A stretch of DNA of 64,000 nucleotides, taken from positions 37,016,001-37,080,000 of the forward strand of contig CM052817.1 in NCBI GenBank assembly GCA_028534125.1, given 5' to 3'. Positions 1 through 11,332 of this stretch are shown piece by piece; within the stretch, counting starts at the first letter, position 1; every line of letters starts with the position of its first letter. Source of the DNA: Lama glama (lineage: Eukaryota). The notes under the pieces are model-generated. The model made no database searches. It was not told the origin of the DNA and was given only the letters and a program-made list of their open reading frames with translations. Made by a program: the position numbers and the translations under genes.

Positions 1-190
1 GCACTAGGTAAAATTCCGTTGGATAATTTAATGATTTCTAACAGGTCCACTTATCAAAGGAAGAAAAAAATTCAAGGGTTTGAATCCAGAAGGAAGAAAA
101 ATACAAAGGAGAAACATGAAAAGGGGAAAGGGGGATAAGGCAAAGTAAAATAGCACAAAGATAAATCAGAGCTGAGTTCCAAGTACATGG

Positions 191-221
191 TATAAAATAG
201 TTGAAGAGTGACATATATAAA
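191..221 (+). promoter_or_regulatory. Candidate TATA boxes of SCPPPQ1
   Basis: TATAAAA at 191-197 and TATATAAA at 214-221, upstream of a strong donor AAG|GTAAGT at 335/336. The TSS cannot be fixed from sequence. Confidence 0.4.
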
Positions 222-244
222 GAGATATAACTTGCTTTGGATAC

Positions 245-335
245 TGGGGACATGCTTTAATAAGAATATGATGAAATTGATTTTTCTTCCAAAATTCAGT
301 TCCAGAGTACAGTGATTTAGTTTGAAACTCACAAG
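245..335 (+). other. SCPPPQ1: SCPPPQ1 non-coding exon 1 (5' boundary approximate)
   Basis: Consensus donor aag|gtaagt at 335/336. SCPP genes typically have an untranslated exon 1. Start inferred ~25-30 nt after the TATA box. Confidence 0.5.
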
Positions 336-947
336 GTAAGTTAATTTGAATTAAATATGATTTAAGACTATAAAAAGGTTTGCTTTCAGAATCAGCTGGC
401 CAATAAAGACAGCATTGATTTTATTTATATTATGTTTATTCTCTACAAACTCATTATGCCTTTCAAGATTTTTCCATATCATTTCCTTCTTGATGAAGTA
501 TAACTGTCTAGCAGCATCCAGGCCACATGAAGACCTGGTAAATCTCATGGGGGTAGAAGCTCAAGGTGGATTTATTCGTATATTATGTAAGAAATCTCAT
601 TGAGCCAGTGGTGATATATCTCTAATATTAAGCATGATTTGATGTTTGAAGATTTGTGGGTAGAGATCACAAAATCAAATAACTTCAGGAACCAAAGAGT
701 ATGGGTTGAACTTTGAGATTATAAGGAAGAATAGGAAGTGTATGTTAATGTTTTGAGCCCAAGAATGCATGTCTTGTTTAAAGATTTTTAAAGCACTGTT
801 CTAGGCTTACAAAGCCTGGATCTAGAGACAATATAGCCTGACCACTATTTTAAAATCTCACTAAAAAGTCCACTTACAATGAGAAGAGGACTTAGAAAAA
901 ACAAAAAATGATCTCCTAACCCTTCAATTCCAGATTCTTTCTTCAGA

Positions 948-1004
948 ATGAAATTTCTTATCCTGGCTAGCCTTTGGATCACTGCCACTGCTCTGCCCAT
1001 CCCT
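948..1004 (+). CDS. SCPPPQ1: SCPPPQ1 exon 2 coding part: MKFLILASLWITATALPIP (signal peptide, likely cleavage ATA|LP)
   Basis: Acceptor ttccag at 933 gives a 14-nt UTR before ATG 948; donor cct|gtaagt at 1004/1005. Confidence 0.93.
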
Positions 1005-4000
1005 GTAAGTACTCCTCCTATTTTCCACTCCATTTCTGTTCTAGAGACAGTATTTCTGGGCTAGAAAGCATTTTCTATGTCTTTTCATTTCACAGAAAAG
1101 GAAAGTGGACTTCAGGAGATTTGCAGAACTAGGAATTTACCACTCTTCTTCACTCTAAGGGTCTCCAATACAAATCTCAGATCTACATGCCATTTGCAAG
1201 CTGCATGACCTTGAGCAAGGAAATAACCCATGGCTTCCCAGTCTATAAAATGAGTTGTTAAGAACTACCTCAGAGTTGTGCGAGAATGATAAAAATGTAT
1301 CCAACGGAACATAGGAAGCTCTCAAATATATTAAGCAATATAAAGCAAGTAACCCTCAGTGACCTAGGTCTTATTCAGGCAGTTTAAATTGAGTTTCATT
1401 TACAATACCCTTATCCCAAACTGTCTCATGTTGACTACAGTCATGCTTCATCATCTATACAAATGAGATCAATGAGTCTATTCCGCATTTATTATGGTCT
1501 GACTATGTAGGGCACCTAGTAGGCAAGAAATCCTGTTCCCTGCACATTTTGTAACAAAGGAGCCTTCAAAGAAGTGAGGGAGCTTTCAAAATTTGCATTT
1601 GTGGATACAAAGTTTAAATTTACACTTCCATACTCTCTCCACTTTGAACTCATAAATGCTGAGAACAATTAGAGAGCACTCTTGATTCAAAGGTAAAGAG
1701 GCATGCAATATGTAATTAATCTCAAGAAATGTAAAGAAAAACATTCTTTGGAAGTAAGTTTAAAGGTAGAAAGTACAAATTCTAAATCACTGGACAAAAT
1801 TAATTTAACTTTTCCTATTAGACTTGACTGCTTTTTATTTCGGAGGGAAAGCTACGTTACTGATGAGTGGCTTGTTACCTATTCTCATTTAGAATAAAAC
1901 CTCTCCGTAATGAATCACGTATTGCCATATGTTGTTTCACCTTGTTGCTGTTATTGTTTTACAAGCTTGAACAACCTGGAGGAAGTTCCAGTAGTCAGGT
2001 AAACTTCTGGTTGTATTTTCAAATGACATGTTCATCACTTTTAAAGTCTGCAAATGTTTGAAATGACTGACATCCTGTATCTTGTTACAGAGATTCAACG
2101 TTTACCCACCGCAAGGACCAGCATTTTTTCCTCAGATCCCATTTCCCTCACCTCCGCAACTGCCCCTGGTAAGCACAGGCTTGGGGGATCTCAAATCACA
2201 AAAAGTATTTATTAGTTGGATAATGGTTATAACATTTTCCAGATTTTGACACAGAAATATGAGGCTTTCGGAGGCCACCAGGCATCAACTACTCACACTT
2301 CTTTCCCTGCACAGCTTGCGAAAGTTTGACAAGGGGCTAGCAAATTTCCCTCCAAAGCTTCAGTTACTTGCTCCCATATCTCTCTACACTTGTTATCAAA
2401 AAAGTACTTAAGGGTGGGGGATGGGCATAGCTCAGTGGCAGAATACAGGCTTAGCATGCTCGAGGTCCTGGGTTCAATTCCCAGTAACTCCATTCAAAAA
2501 AAAAGAGGTGTTTATGCTGAATTAATTTGACTATGACAAGCTTAGTTACTCTTTATGAAGGGAATGCTCATCTTTTTCTATATTATCTATTCTTTTCCTA
2601 AATCACCTTGCTGCTTTCTTTCCTCTAAAGTTTTTTTTTCCCAGCTGTCTGTAACTTTTTCTCACAGGTCAAACAATATAATTATTTTGTTTTTCTTTCT
2701 GTACCCTCTCCAATCTCTCCTAATATCTGGATTCTTAAAACATTTTTTAAATAAAGGTCAGAACAATGCTAACTACATAATAGAGCTGCCTTTATTGGTA
2801 CAGACAGCATATATTTGGCTAATACTTACTGAGTGTCTACTATATAATGGGGTCTACAGTGAGTGCTGGAAATACAAAAAGGTATGAATAAGTTCATGAT
2901 CTAACAAGGAAGAGAGCTTCATAAATGAAAAAACAATGTATTAGTGTAAATTCTTCTAGATGCAAATACAAAACCAGTTGATTTAGGCTCTGTGCCAAAG
3001 ACTTCTTTCACAGAGGAGAAGTATCCAAGCCAGGTCATGAGAAGTAGGTGGGGCACTCCAGGCAGAGGGAACAGCAAGTGCTGAGAAGGACAGGCAACTT
3101 GGGGAAAGAAAGACTAGGGTAATGAGGCTGCAACACAGGTTGGGATATCTTAAATAAACAGTATTTAGCAATGATGTTTTGAAAAGTTCATACACAGTTT
3201 AAAATAGCATTTTGTTTGACTTCTTGTCTATTACCTAAATATTTTTAAAATATAAGCACAATTTTGCATAATTTTGCTTTTATATCTAAATATAACAAAC
3301 ATCTTCCCTTGGCTTATATTTAATTTCAAACTGTTTATTTTTTAACTTTAAGTAGGCTTTTGGAAATTGTCCCTAAAGTTATAGTCCTCAATGGAACACT
3401 CCTTCCCTTTTATGCTTTCACACAGCCTATTTCAACCTTAGACACTAAATTTCTAAGTTCTTACATTTAATGCAAAATCCTGGAGTCTTGGTTTATAATT
3501 AAAATTTAGGAATCACTATTAACATCTTATTTTTAAATTATGTAAATCTGTGTGGCAATACAATCACTAGTATTTGAAATGGAAGCTCTTCCTTCCACCA
3601 GATGGCAGAATAGTATTAAAAATCCAGGCAAAGAATGATTTACCGTACAGAAACTGATGGATTTGCAAGAACTATGACCACAAAAGACAGATTCCCAAGC
3701 TTTAGGTTTGATTAATTAAGCATAATAAGCATACTTCTTGAAAGAAAAAATGATTTGAAATCTACTAAAATCTAATCTCTCCCATAGAAGGAGGACTCCC
3801 TGAGAGCATGCAATTGCTCAATAAATACTGGATGAATGGATGGATGGATGGGATGGATGGATGAGTAAATGGACGAATAAGTGAGAAAAAAAGCTAAAAC
3901 AAAATGTGAACATCACACAATTCACTATTTTTTCCTTTTTTGTAGATTCCAATTCCTCTTCCTTTTCCATTTCCTAATAATCCAAATCAGGTAATTATAC

Positions 4001-7000
4001 TTAAAGTTTCTTTTATGAAAGTATTTAAAAGAATACAAAACAACACCTTGAAAATTCTTTACATTTATTAAGGATAGGAACTTGACACCAAAAATGGCTA
4101 TCATTCTCCTTTGGGGATCACTAGTGATTGATATTTTGTCCTATTTGAGCCATTTAATGTATAAATCTCACATATCTTTGAAAACTGAACTACCTAAAAC
4201 CTGAAACTTTCCTTGACCAAATGGATGGAACCCAGGAGACTAGTAGAAAAAAAATTTGAAGTCAAATAATCTGAGGATGCAAGCTCTGTCATTTAATACT
4301 TTGTAGTAATCTCAAATTCCTTCATGCCTTACTTTCTCTTAAAATATAAAATAGTGAAAATGAATGATATATAAAGTCCATTACATCTCTAAAATTTTAC
4401 GCTTACAGTGGGGAAAAATGCATTCTTACTGAAATGGATTCTGTCTCAGAAGCCTCTGAACTAGATTTAAGATTATGATCATGGTATAAAGGGATTATTT
4501 AAATTTTACTTTTGACAGGATCTTACTGAATGAAGGAAAATCACATAGGATGAGACTGATCAGTCACAAGCAAAAAACAAATTGTGTATAATACAGCATG
4601 TTAATTCCAAATTTTTTTATGTTACTTCTATTACAATTATAGGAAATGATATTATTAAAGCTTCTTTTCATAAAGAGGTGATCCCCAAATATAGTCTTTT
4701 TTCCAACCTCATAAATGTAAGTTTAATGATCATTCCAAGAAGTTCCTGCTACTTTTGGAGTCCACAAAAGAAACTGTGGACTACATGTTTCCAGAGATAG
4801 TAGGTTTGGGGCTGGGTGCGGGGGCAGTACTATGGGGTAGAAGTACTTAAAATATTAGTGAATGTGAATCCTACTGACATAATCTTATAAATGCTTAGAA
4901 TTCTAAAAAGCACGTTTTCATTAATCAAACTAATATAAAATGTATAACATTGAAAAGATAGATAAAATGCTGAATTATAACCCCTTGATTATTTGATTAT
5001 GTTTCTTTATTCTAGGTCCTGACACTTGATGACCTTATAGCGGTAAATTCATCTGCCTTGTTAATCTTTAAGTTTATAAAAAATATTACATTCAACACCC
5101 TATATACAATGAGCCAGTTCATCTTATCATCTATCTTTATTTGTCCAATTCATTTGGAAACAAAATAAAGTGTGGCTATTAAATTCAAAGCCAAAAAACT
5201 ATCTCAATGCATGCAAACAGATCTATATTCCTTTATTCAACTCATCCAAATTGACCAAACAGCCTCTTCTATCATAGATGAGGATGAAGGTGAAGAGTCA
5301 CAGACTTAAGAGTGATAGAATAAATTGCTTTAGGAGAGATGAAATAGACTAGATTATTTCTTCACTAATGACTTATTAGCATAAATGCATAATACAATAA
5401 AGATTATCAATTCTAAATCCCAGCAGATAACTTTTTTTTACTGAACTGCACATAATTCAACTTTTTAATGAGGCCCTTTATTGATATGTTATTCAAAATC
5501 TTTGTTTATGAAAACATAGGAGAAATACTTAAATTACAAAAGAGAATACTAAAAAATTTCATTTCCCATACACTTTTCACACTTAAACATTTTCTGAAAT
5601 CAACACATCTCACAGCAGATGCCTTTAACTTAGGATCTCCTTTTTCTTTAAGATGCATCACTAACTAAATGGTACACTTCACAGCTGACGGTATCTTAGA
5701 ATTAGAGACATGCAGAATTTTGCAAAAATGTCAGAAAGTTAGGCCTCAATCATTGTGTGCCTGAGGTAAAAATTTTCAGGATTCTTTAATACAGATTATT
5801 TAAAGTCAATCATCTTGAAGAATATTTAAGTGTCCCAGAAACTTTAAGGTCAAATTAAATAAGAATCTAAGTCTTGAATTCAAATAGCTAGTGCTCTTCC
5901 CACAATCAACTCTGCTTAAACAGTATTATAGTCCATTTCCAAATGACAAATCACGAAAATTCTAGCATATTTCTAGAACTTATTATACATATATATATAA
6001 ATACATGTTCTAAAAATGTTTAAGAACCTATCTTCAATAATTATTGATAATTACAAAATTAGCAAATCGACCTTTACATCAAAACATGGCTAAAAGAGCA
6101 CTGATCTGTTGTGGGGAAGCCTAAATTATAAGCTCATCTTTAAAATTAAATTAGCTGTGTGACCTTGGGTAAATGTATGAATATACCCCCAAAGTCTCTT
6201 CCAGCGAAAATACCGACTCTTCAGACATCTAACTCATACGAATTACCAAATCTGAACACTTCATACTGACTTACACTATTTTATGAGCTTTTAAAAAGTG
6301 CTGTTGGTTACAACCCATCCTGGAAAGGATCCTAGAATACTTATAGAACTGCCATTTCTTCATAGTCATGAGAACTTTTTTCTCCCAATGATTGTAGCTA
6401 AGTCAAGGAGCAGGAAGAGGAATTCCGCATTGTTCTTGCCTAAGAACAAGCAGGACAGTGTTTAGCTTAGATATTCTTGCATCCGTGCTGGGAGGGACAG
6501 CTCTATAAACAGATTTGCCTTTTTGACAGAGTGGTCAATTTCTTGAGCAAGCTGCCAGTCTCTTAAAACAGGACCACATGGGAGTTACAAGGTAATACTT
6601 TCCCAATGAAATTGCTTGTGTAAGCAAACCCTGGAAGCAAAGTCATACTTGTCTTAAAATTTTGGTTCAAATATCATTCACACAGAAAATTTCACACAAT
6701 TTAAGAAAGATAGCACTTTTATGGAGGTGTACATAGAGAGATTCTTAACCAGTCACATCAACGGGGGGGGGGGGGTAATTAGGTTTATTTATTTGTTTGT
6801 TTGTTTTTAGAGGTGATACTGGGGATTTAACCCAGGACTCTGTGTATGCTAAGCATGCACTCTATCATTTGAGCTACCCCTTACCCCTCCACATCAATTT
6901 TCTATATTTCAGATATAGTGAATACTGTTACAAGGTAGTTAAAAGAAAATATTTTTGTGAATTAGGGGAATTTGAATCTAGATATTGCATATTCATTTTA

Positions 7001-8283
7001 AAATCTTACACTGTGTAAATAAAATACTAAGCAGTAAAACGGAATTAAATTTTCAATAAAAACAAATTTTCATATAGAAAATACTTTAGCTTATATATGT
7101 ACTAAGTTAAAAATAAGCTAAAAAGTAAACCCACTGATATCACTGATCATTGATTTTTCTTCTTTCACAGTTAATCATTCCTATTTTGAACCAACTTGGG
7201 GTAAGTCCACATTAATTTTTAAGCTATAAACTGCAAACCTACTTAATGGACAAAAGATAACTTTAATAATTTTTTTTATTTTTAGGGTTTCTTTGGGGTA
7301 AGACTTCTTTGCTATGATTATATTGATAAAAGCAAATGGCATTTAATCTTAGAAAAGATAAGAATAATTCTTTTGAACCATAAAAACATATGGCAGAATG
7401 GAACCCAACTGACCTATCCAAATTAACTCATGAGTTATAAACTCAGTTTCCTCCAAGATCTTTAGGTCAGAATTTCTGCAGGTCTCAAAGTGTATTCTTT
7501 CCATAATGCCCACAGCATTTGGCAAAATTTCAGTTTACAGAAACACATGCATTAGGTTAAGAAATTTCAAACAGTAAATTTTACCTCAAGCTTATTTTTG
7601 TCTTACAAATAATTCAGAGTAAACAGTAAGAAAAGCTTGCTGTGAAACTACCAAATCTAGAAACGTTCTGATCTCAAGGCAAGGGTACAAATCTCCTTAA
7701 CATAAAAGCATCGGCTCACTTGATGGAAAGGCTACAAACCTTGAGACTTCTATTTTGATTCTCAGCCAAGTTTTCTTTCATTTAAAATATATACAAAAGA
7801 GAGAGAGACTGAAAAGGTATATTCCCTTTTTAAGTATCTGAATTAATGTCAATTAAAATTATATACAGTATGTATTTATTTTAATCTACCTTGAGAGACA
7901 CTGATAAATCAAAATATTCTCAATTCCAATTTTGAGACAGAAACTGGATTTCACCCAAGTTTTCCTTCTGACAAATTTCATTGCCCTAAAGCGCTTATTA
8001 AGTGTCTCTTACCACTTCAAATGCTTTTAGGCCATCGGGGTGAAGTAGGAGAACTTAAGCTCTATGTTGCAGAAAAGACAGTTCAATGGTTCAGTTTATC
8101 AGCATTTAGGTATTACAGAACCACATTATTATCTACCTCCCAATACACATGACCACCAATACGAACACATAGGCATTGAATAACCATAATATGGGAGACG
8201 TAAGATGGAGGCAAAGGAAAATTATGGTAAAAATATCTTCATGTAGTAACTATAATCTGTATTATTTATTTTGGCAGAAATAA
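948..8283 (+). CDS. SCPPPQ1: Secretory calcium-binding phosphoprotein proline-glutamine rich 1, 95 aa; join(948-1004,1966-1998,2091-2168,3946-3990,5016-5042,7171-7200,7286-7297,8278-8283)
   Basis: Eight GT-AG-bounded coding exons, all phase 0, join into an open 288-nt CDS: signal peptide, Ser cluster, Pro-rich core (19/95 Pro, no Cys) and hydrophobic C-terminus. Protein resembles recalled rodent/human SCPPPQ1. Position next to NUDT9 fits the NUDT9-SCPPPQ1-SPARCL1 synteny. Confidence 0.92.
1966..1998 (+). CDS. SCPPPQ1: SCPPPQ1 exon 3: LEQPGGSSSSQ
   Basis: Acceptor ttttacaag|, donor cag|gtaaac; 33 nt; Ser-cluster exon typical of SCPP exon 3. Confidence 0.9.
2091..2168 (+). CDS. SCPPPQ1: SCPPPQ1 exon 4: RFNVYPPQGPAFFPQIPFPSPPQLPL
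   Basis: Acceptor cttgttacag|, donor ctg|gtaagc; 78 nt. Confidence 0.9.
2416..2504 (+). mobile_element. tRNA-Ala-derived camelid SINE (vic-1-like)
   Basis: tagctcagtggcagaatacaggcttagcatgctcgaggtcctgggttcaattcccag followed by an A tail. Confidence 0.85.
3830..3863. repeat. (GGAT)n microsatellite
   Basis: Imperfect ggat/gaat tandem array. Confidence 0.85.
3946..3990 (+). CDS. SCPPPQ1: SCPPPQ1 exon 5: IPIPLPFPFPNNPNQ
   Basis: Long polypyrimidine tract plus tgtag|, donor cag|gtaatt; 45 nt. Confidence 0.9.
5016..5042 (+). CDS. SCPPPQ1: SCPPPQ1 exon 6: VLTLDDLIA
   Basis: Acceptor tttattctag|, donor gcg|gtaaat; 27 nt. Confidence 0.88.
6762..6889 (-). mobile_element. tRNA-Ala-derived camelid SINE
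   Basis: Reverse-oriented SINE body and tail; TSD cacatcaa at 6754-6761 and 6890-6897. Confidence 0.85.
7171..7200 (+). CDS. SCPPPQ1: SCPPPQ1 exon 7: LIIPILNQLG
   Basis: Acceptor tctttcacag|, donor ggg|gtaagt; 30 nt. Confidence 0.88.
7286..7297 (+). CDS. SCPPPQ1: SCPPPQ1 exon 8 (12-nt micro-exon): GFFG
   Basis: Acceptor ttttatttttag|, donor ggg|gtaaga; follows an 85-nt intron. Confidence 0.8.
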
Positions 8284-8315
8284 ATCTCTTACTACTGTGT
8301 CAGAAGTCATATACG
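8278..8315 (+). CDS. SCPPPQ1: SCPPPQ1 exon 9: K-stop (AAA TAA, 8278-8283) plus 3'UTR
   Basis: Acceptor attttggcag|, donor acg|gttagt at 8315/8316. A stop in the penultimate exon is common in P/Q-rich SCPP genes. Confidence 0.75.
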
Positions 8316-8964
8316 GTTAGTAAAATCTCCAAATATCTTTTAAGCATTATTATACATTTTAAGATATTTTTTATCCTAAGAGTTAAATAGCCTCAGATTG
8401 TGCCCATGTTGGTAAGTTAATAATATGATTGAAGTAGGTGTAAACAAGACCAAATTAATTACAAGTGCTTTCTTCAAATGTTGTAAATTATAAATAAATC
8501 AATTTATTTATTATAATTTTACAGGTACTTTAGAAAATAATAGCAACTATCATAAATCCTTATATTGTAAAGCAGAGTAGCATTTAACTTCTAAAAGTGG
8601 TTAGAAATTTTAGGTGCCCTCTTTAGCTTCATTTAGCATCTTGTTTCTATTTGAATTTGAAAGCCTTCAAATCTCAAGAATACCTGCTGGCAAGACAAAC
8701 ACTGATGGAGTTACTCATCCTTACATTAAGATATTATCAATTGTCTCTGGGCCAAAGTTTTGCAAACAGTTTCAACAATGCTAGTCAGATCAGATGTGGC
8801 CCTTAAATTTCAAGTCACAAACCATAAATGTATTACTATTTATGTCATATATAACATGAATACTGCTTAAGTAATACAGAATCTTCCAAATTACAAACTT
8901 AAAGTAACAAATCATAAAAGCTCCATAACTTTAGTAGGGAATACAATCGTCAGAGGAACCAGGC

Positions 8965-9135
8965 AGATCAGGATTCAAATCTCAGCTCTTTTGCTTATTG
9001 AATAAACCTTGGGGCACTCTTTCTAAAATATCATTTTCATCAGTGAAGTGAGTATCACCTAACTTCATAGGATTGTTGTGAGGATTAAGTGATATAATGT
9101 AGATATTCAATAAATGGTAGCTATTATTATTTATT
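8965..9135 (+). mobile_element. MIR SINE fragment
   Basis: MIR core-like ataggattgttgtgaggattaagtga...tcaataaatggtagctattatt. Confidence 0.7.
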
Positions 9136-9283
9136 CTACTAAATATCTCTTAAAACACAAAATATTCTTTATATCTAACATATTAAAAAGCAAATATGAA
9201 GGCACTAACACCTAGTGATAGAGAAGATATTCCTCCAGAAATGTCTTAAAATAAAATTTTAATCTGTTTTTTCTCTATTATAG

Positions 9284-9480
9284 ATGGTGCTGGATACTTA
9301 TAGTTAGAAGATTATCTACTTCTATCTATCTATAGGGTATAGGAGTTTTATCGCTTTGCATACTTTGTAAATGTTCCAATGAAAACTAGAAAATGCCACA
9401 AAAATTTATTATCTATAGACCATGTGCTTTAGTCATTCTTTAGATAAAATTTTAATAAAAATTAACATCTTTACTAATGT
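9284..9480 (+). other. SCPPPQ1: SCPPPQ1 terminal untranslated exon 10 (3' end approximate)
   Basis: Acceptor ttttttctctattatag| at 9283; AATAAA at 9454-9459 and 9502-9507. Confidence 0.55.
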
Positions 9481-10992
9481 CAGTTTAGAAGTATCAAAAC
9501 TAATAAAACATAAGGAAATGTCATGCTGTAGGCAACTGCTTAAACTTTGTCAAAAGCTTTTGTAAGCTGTTTCCATTTCAGAGAATTCTATTAAGTGCCA
9601 GGAAGAAGCAATTTCTTCCTGCCAAACAGTAAAAGTAGAATCAGACTCTTACATGCTGGGAAAAGGTCATCCTACCCTTCACCCAATGAGCAGGTCATCC
9701 TAAAGCGCAGGTCTTTTATCATATACCCAACAACCAGGATTTTATGGATTTTAGAAAATTAATACCGAACTTAAACCTTAATAACTCTTCCAGAGGGGTC
9801 TGAGGCAGTATCCTGAAATAAAATATTCTAATGTTTCTCCATAAAACTTAAAGTCATACTAAGGGGAAAAAAGCCCCCTGTCAGTTCAGTTCAAGTTTAC
9901 CACCAAAGGGATTTTGACACTAAATCAAAAAACAAAAACAAAACCTTGGACTGATTTACCTTAGCCCTTGCTCTGTCCTCTAGATACAAAGCAGGCCTAA
10001 TACCTTTTACAAGTATCTGAAGAAAAGAAAACAACCACATCTCTATCCCTTAAACATCCTTTTCTTCAGATGCCTCATCTGTAGTCCAACTAGAACAAAG
10101 ATGGAATTATGATAGTCCCTACCTCAGGTTGACAGGCGTTAGTATCATGGGACTTTTCCAACGGATATCTTGGCCAGAATGTGATACACATGTCCACTGA
10201 GACAAGGCAGTGCTATTGTCCTTCCTCTTCCCTGCTTCCAAGAACACCTGGAACACCAACTCTTTCCTTTCCTCTGGGAATTACAATGTTAACAGTGAGT
10301 CTCTCAAAACCCTATGTCAGTCCTTAACAATCCTTTTCTAACAAAAAGCACTTTAACTCCAAAAGACCTCCCTCCGTCTCTGTCTGACTGCAGTTCCTTT
10401 CTGAAAGTATATTTTTAATTCATTTATGGCACATACAGTTATAGCAGAGTGAAGTACATATATCAATTTAAATTGCTAATTTCCTGGACACATTTTTTAT
10501 TCAGCATTTTTGGAAATGAGAACATAAGCTGGTTTACTGTTCTTGATCTGTATTGACTAAAAGAGTGGCTGCAATTTCCTCATAAAACCGACTCTAAAGT
10601 CAAGGATAAATAAGGTTTCCATTTTTTAAATCAGTTTCAATAAGATCATTTAAAACGAGATGTGAAGCAAATAATTTAAAGATAAATCAGATTATACAAC
10701 AGTGGTTGGTGCTGCTCTGAAAGAAGCTTGATATGGCAAGAACATTCTTCAGATCCAAGATCAATTGGAAAAAAAAAAAAAACCAACTGACAAACAAGAA
10801 CTACATGGAAAGTAGAAGTTATAGTTGAACAGAAATTTATCGTTATTCAGATTCTGATTCTTTAAAGGACATCAGTTGCTTAAATTTGGTTTAAGCCATG
10901 TTTAAACAGAATACAAACAAAATACAATTGTGTATAGCTCTTTGGACTGGGAAGCAGGAAATTCTGTGTTCTGTTTCACCATATTTACTAAT

Positions 10993-10998
10993 TTTATT
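10993..10998 (-). terminator. Proximal candidate NUDT9 polyadenylation signal (AATAAA)
   Basis: TTTATT on + about 155 nt downstream of the NUDT9 stop; another at 10496-10501. Confidence 0.45.
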
Positions 10999-11153
10999 CT
11001 GATATAAAACCTTTTAAATGCAAATCATTTTGAAAGTGAATAAAGTGAATTTCCAAGTGACCTACCCTGCCCTTTTTACATGTGAGTTCTGTGATCTGCC
11101 TTCTTTTCAGCAATGCTCCTTTGCTGGCCTTTGGCTTAACTGGAGCTGGAGAG

Positions 11154-11332
11154 CTATAACCCATGGCAGTCAGTTTCAGAGTCCTCACTCCAGTGCGCAT
11201 CTCGTTTCTCTGCCACAAGTTTGATGAATTCAGAGTGACTAGCATAAAGCTTGAGTTTATCACTGATGTCCACCCATTTCACTTTTCCAGCATCATCTCC
11301 AGCTTCTAGGGTAAGGTTATCCATTATCTCAC
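11154..11332 (-). CDS. NUDT9: NUDT9 exon 8 coding part
   Basis: [58 protein letters not shown], then TAG at 11156-11154. Confidence 0.97.

Noticed and set aside
4808..4837. Four G-runs (possible G-quadruplex) in SCPPPQ1 intron 5
   Set aside because: One 9-nt loop, isolated, with no evidence of function.
6430..6449. ttgttctt-gcct-aagaacaa inverted repeat resembling steroid-receptor half sites
   Set aside because: Half sites are everted with the wrong spacing for a GRE/ARE, and an 8-bp stem is expected by chance.
10994..11263. 89-aa ORF overlapping the NUDT9 last exon
   Set aside because: Alternative frame without an ATG start; no supporting evidence.
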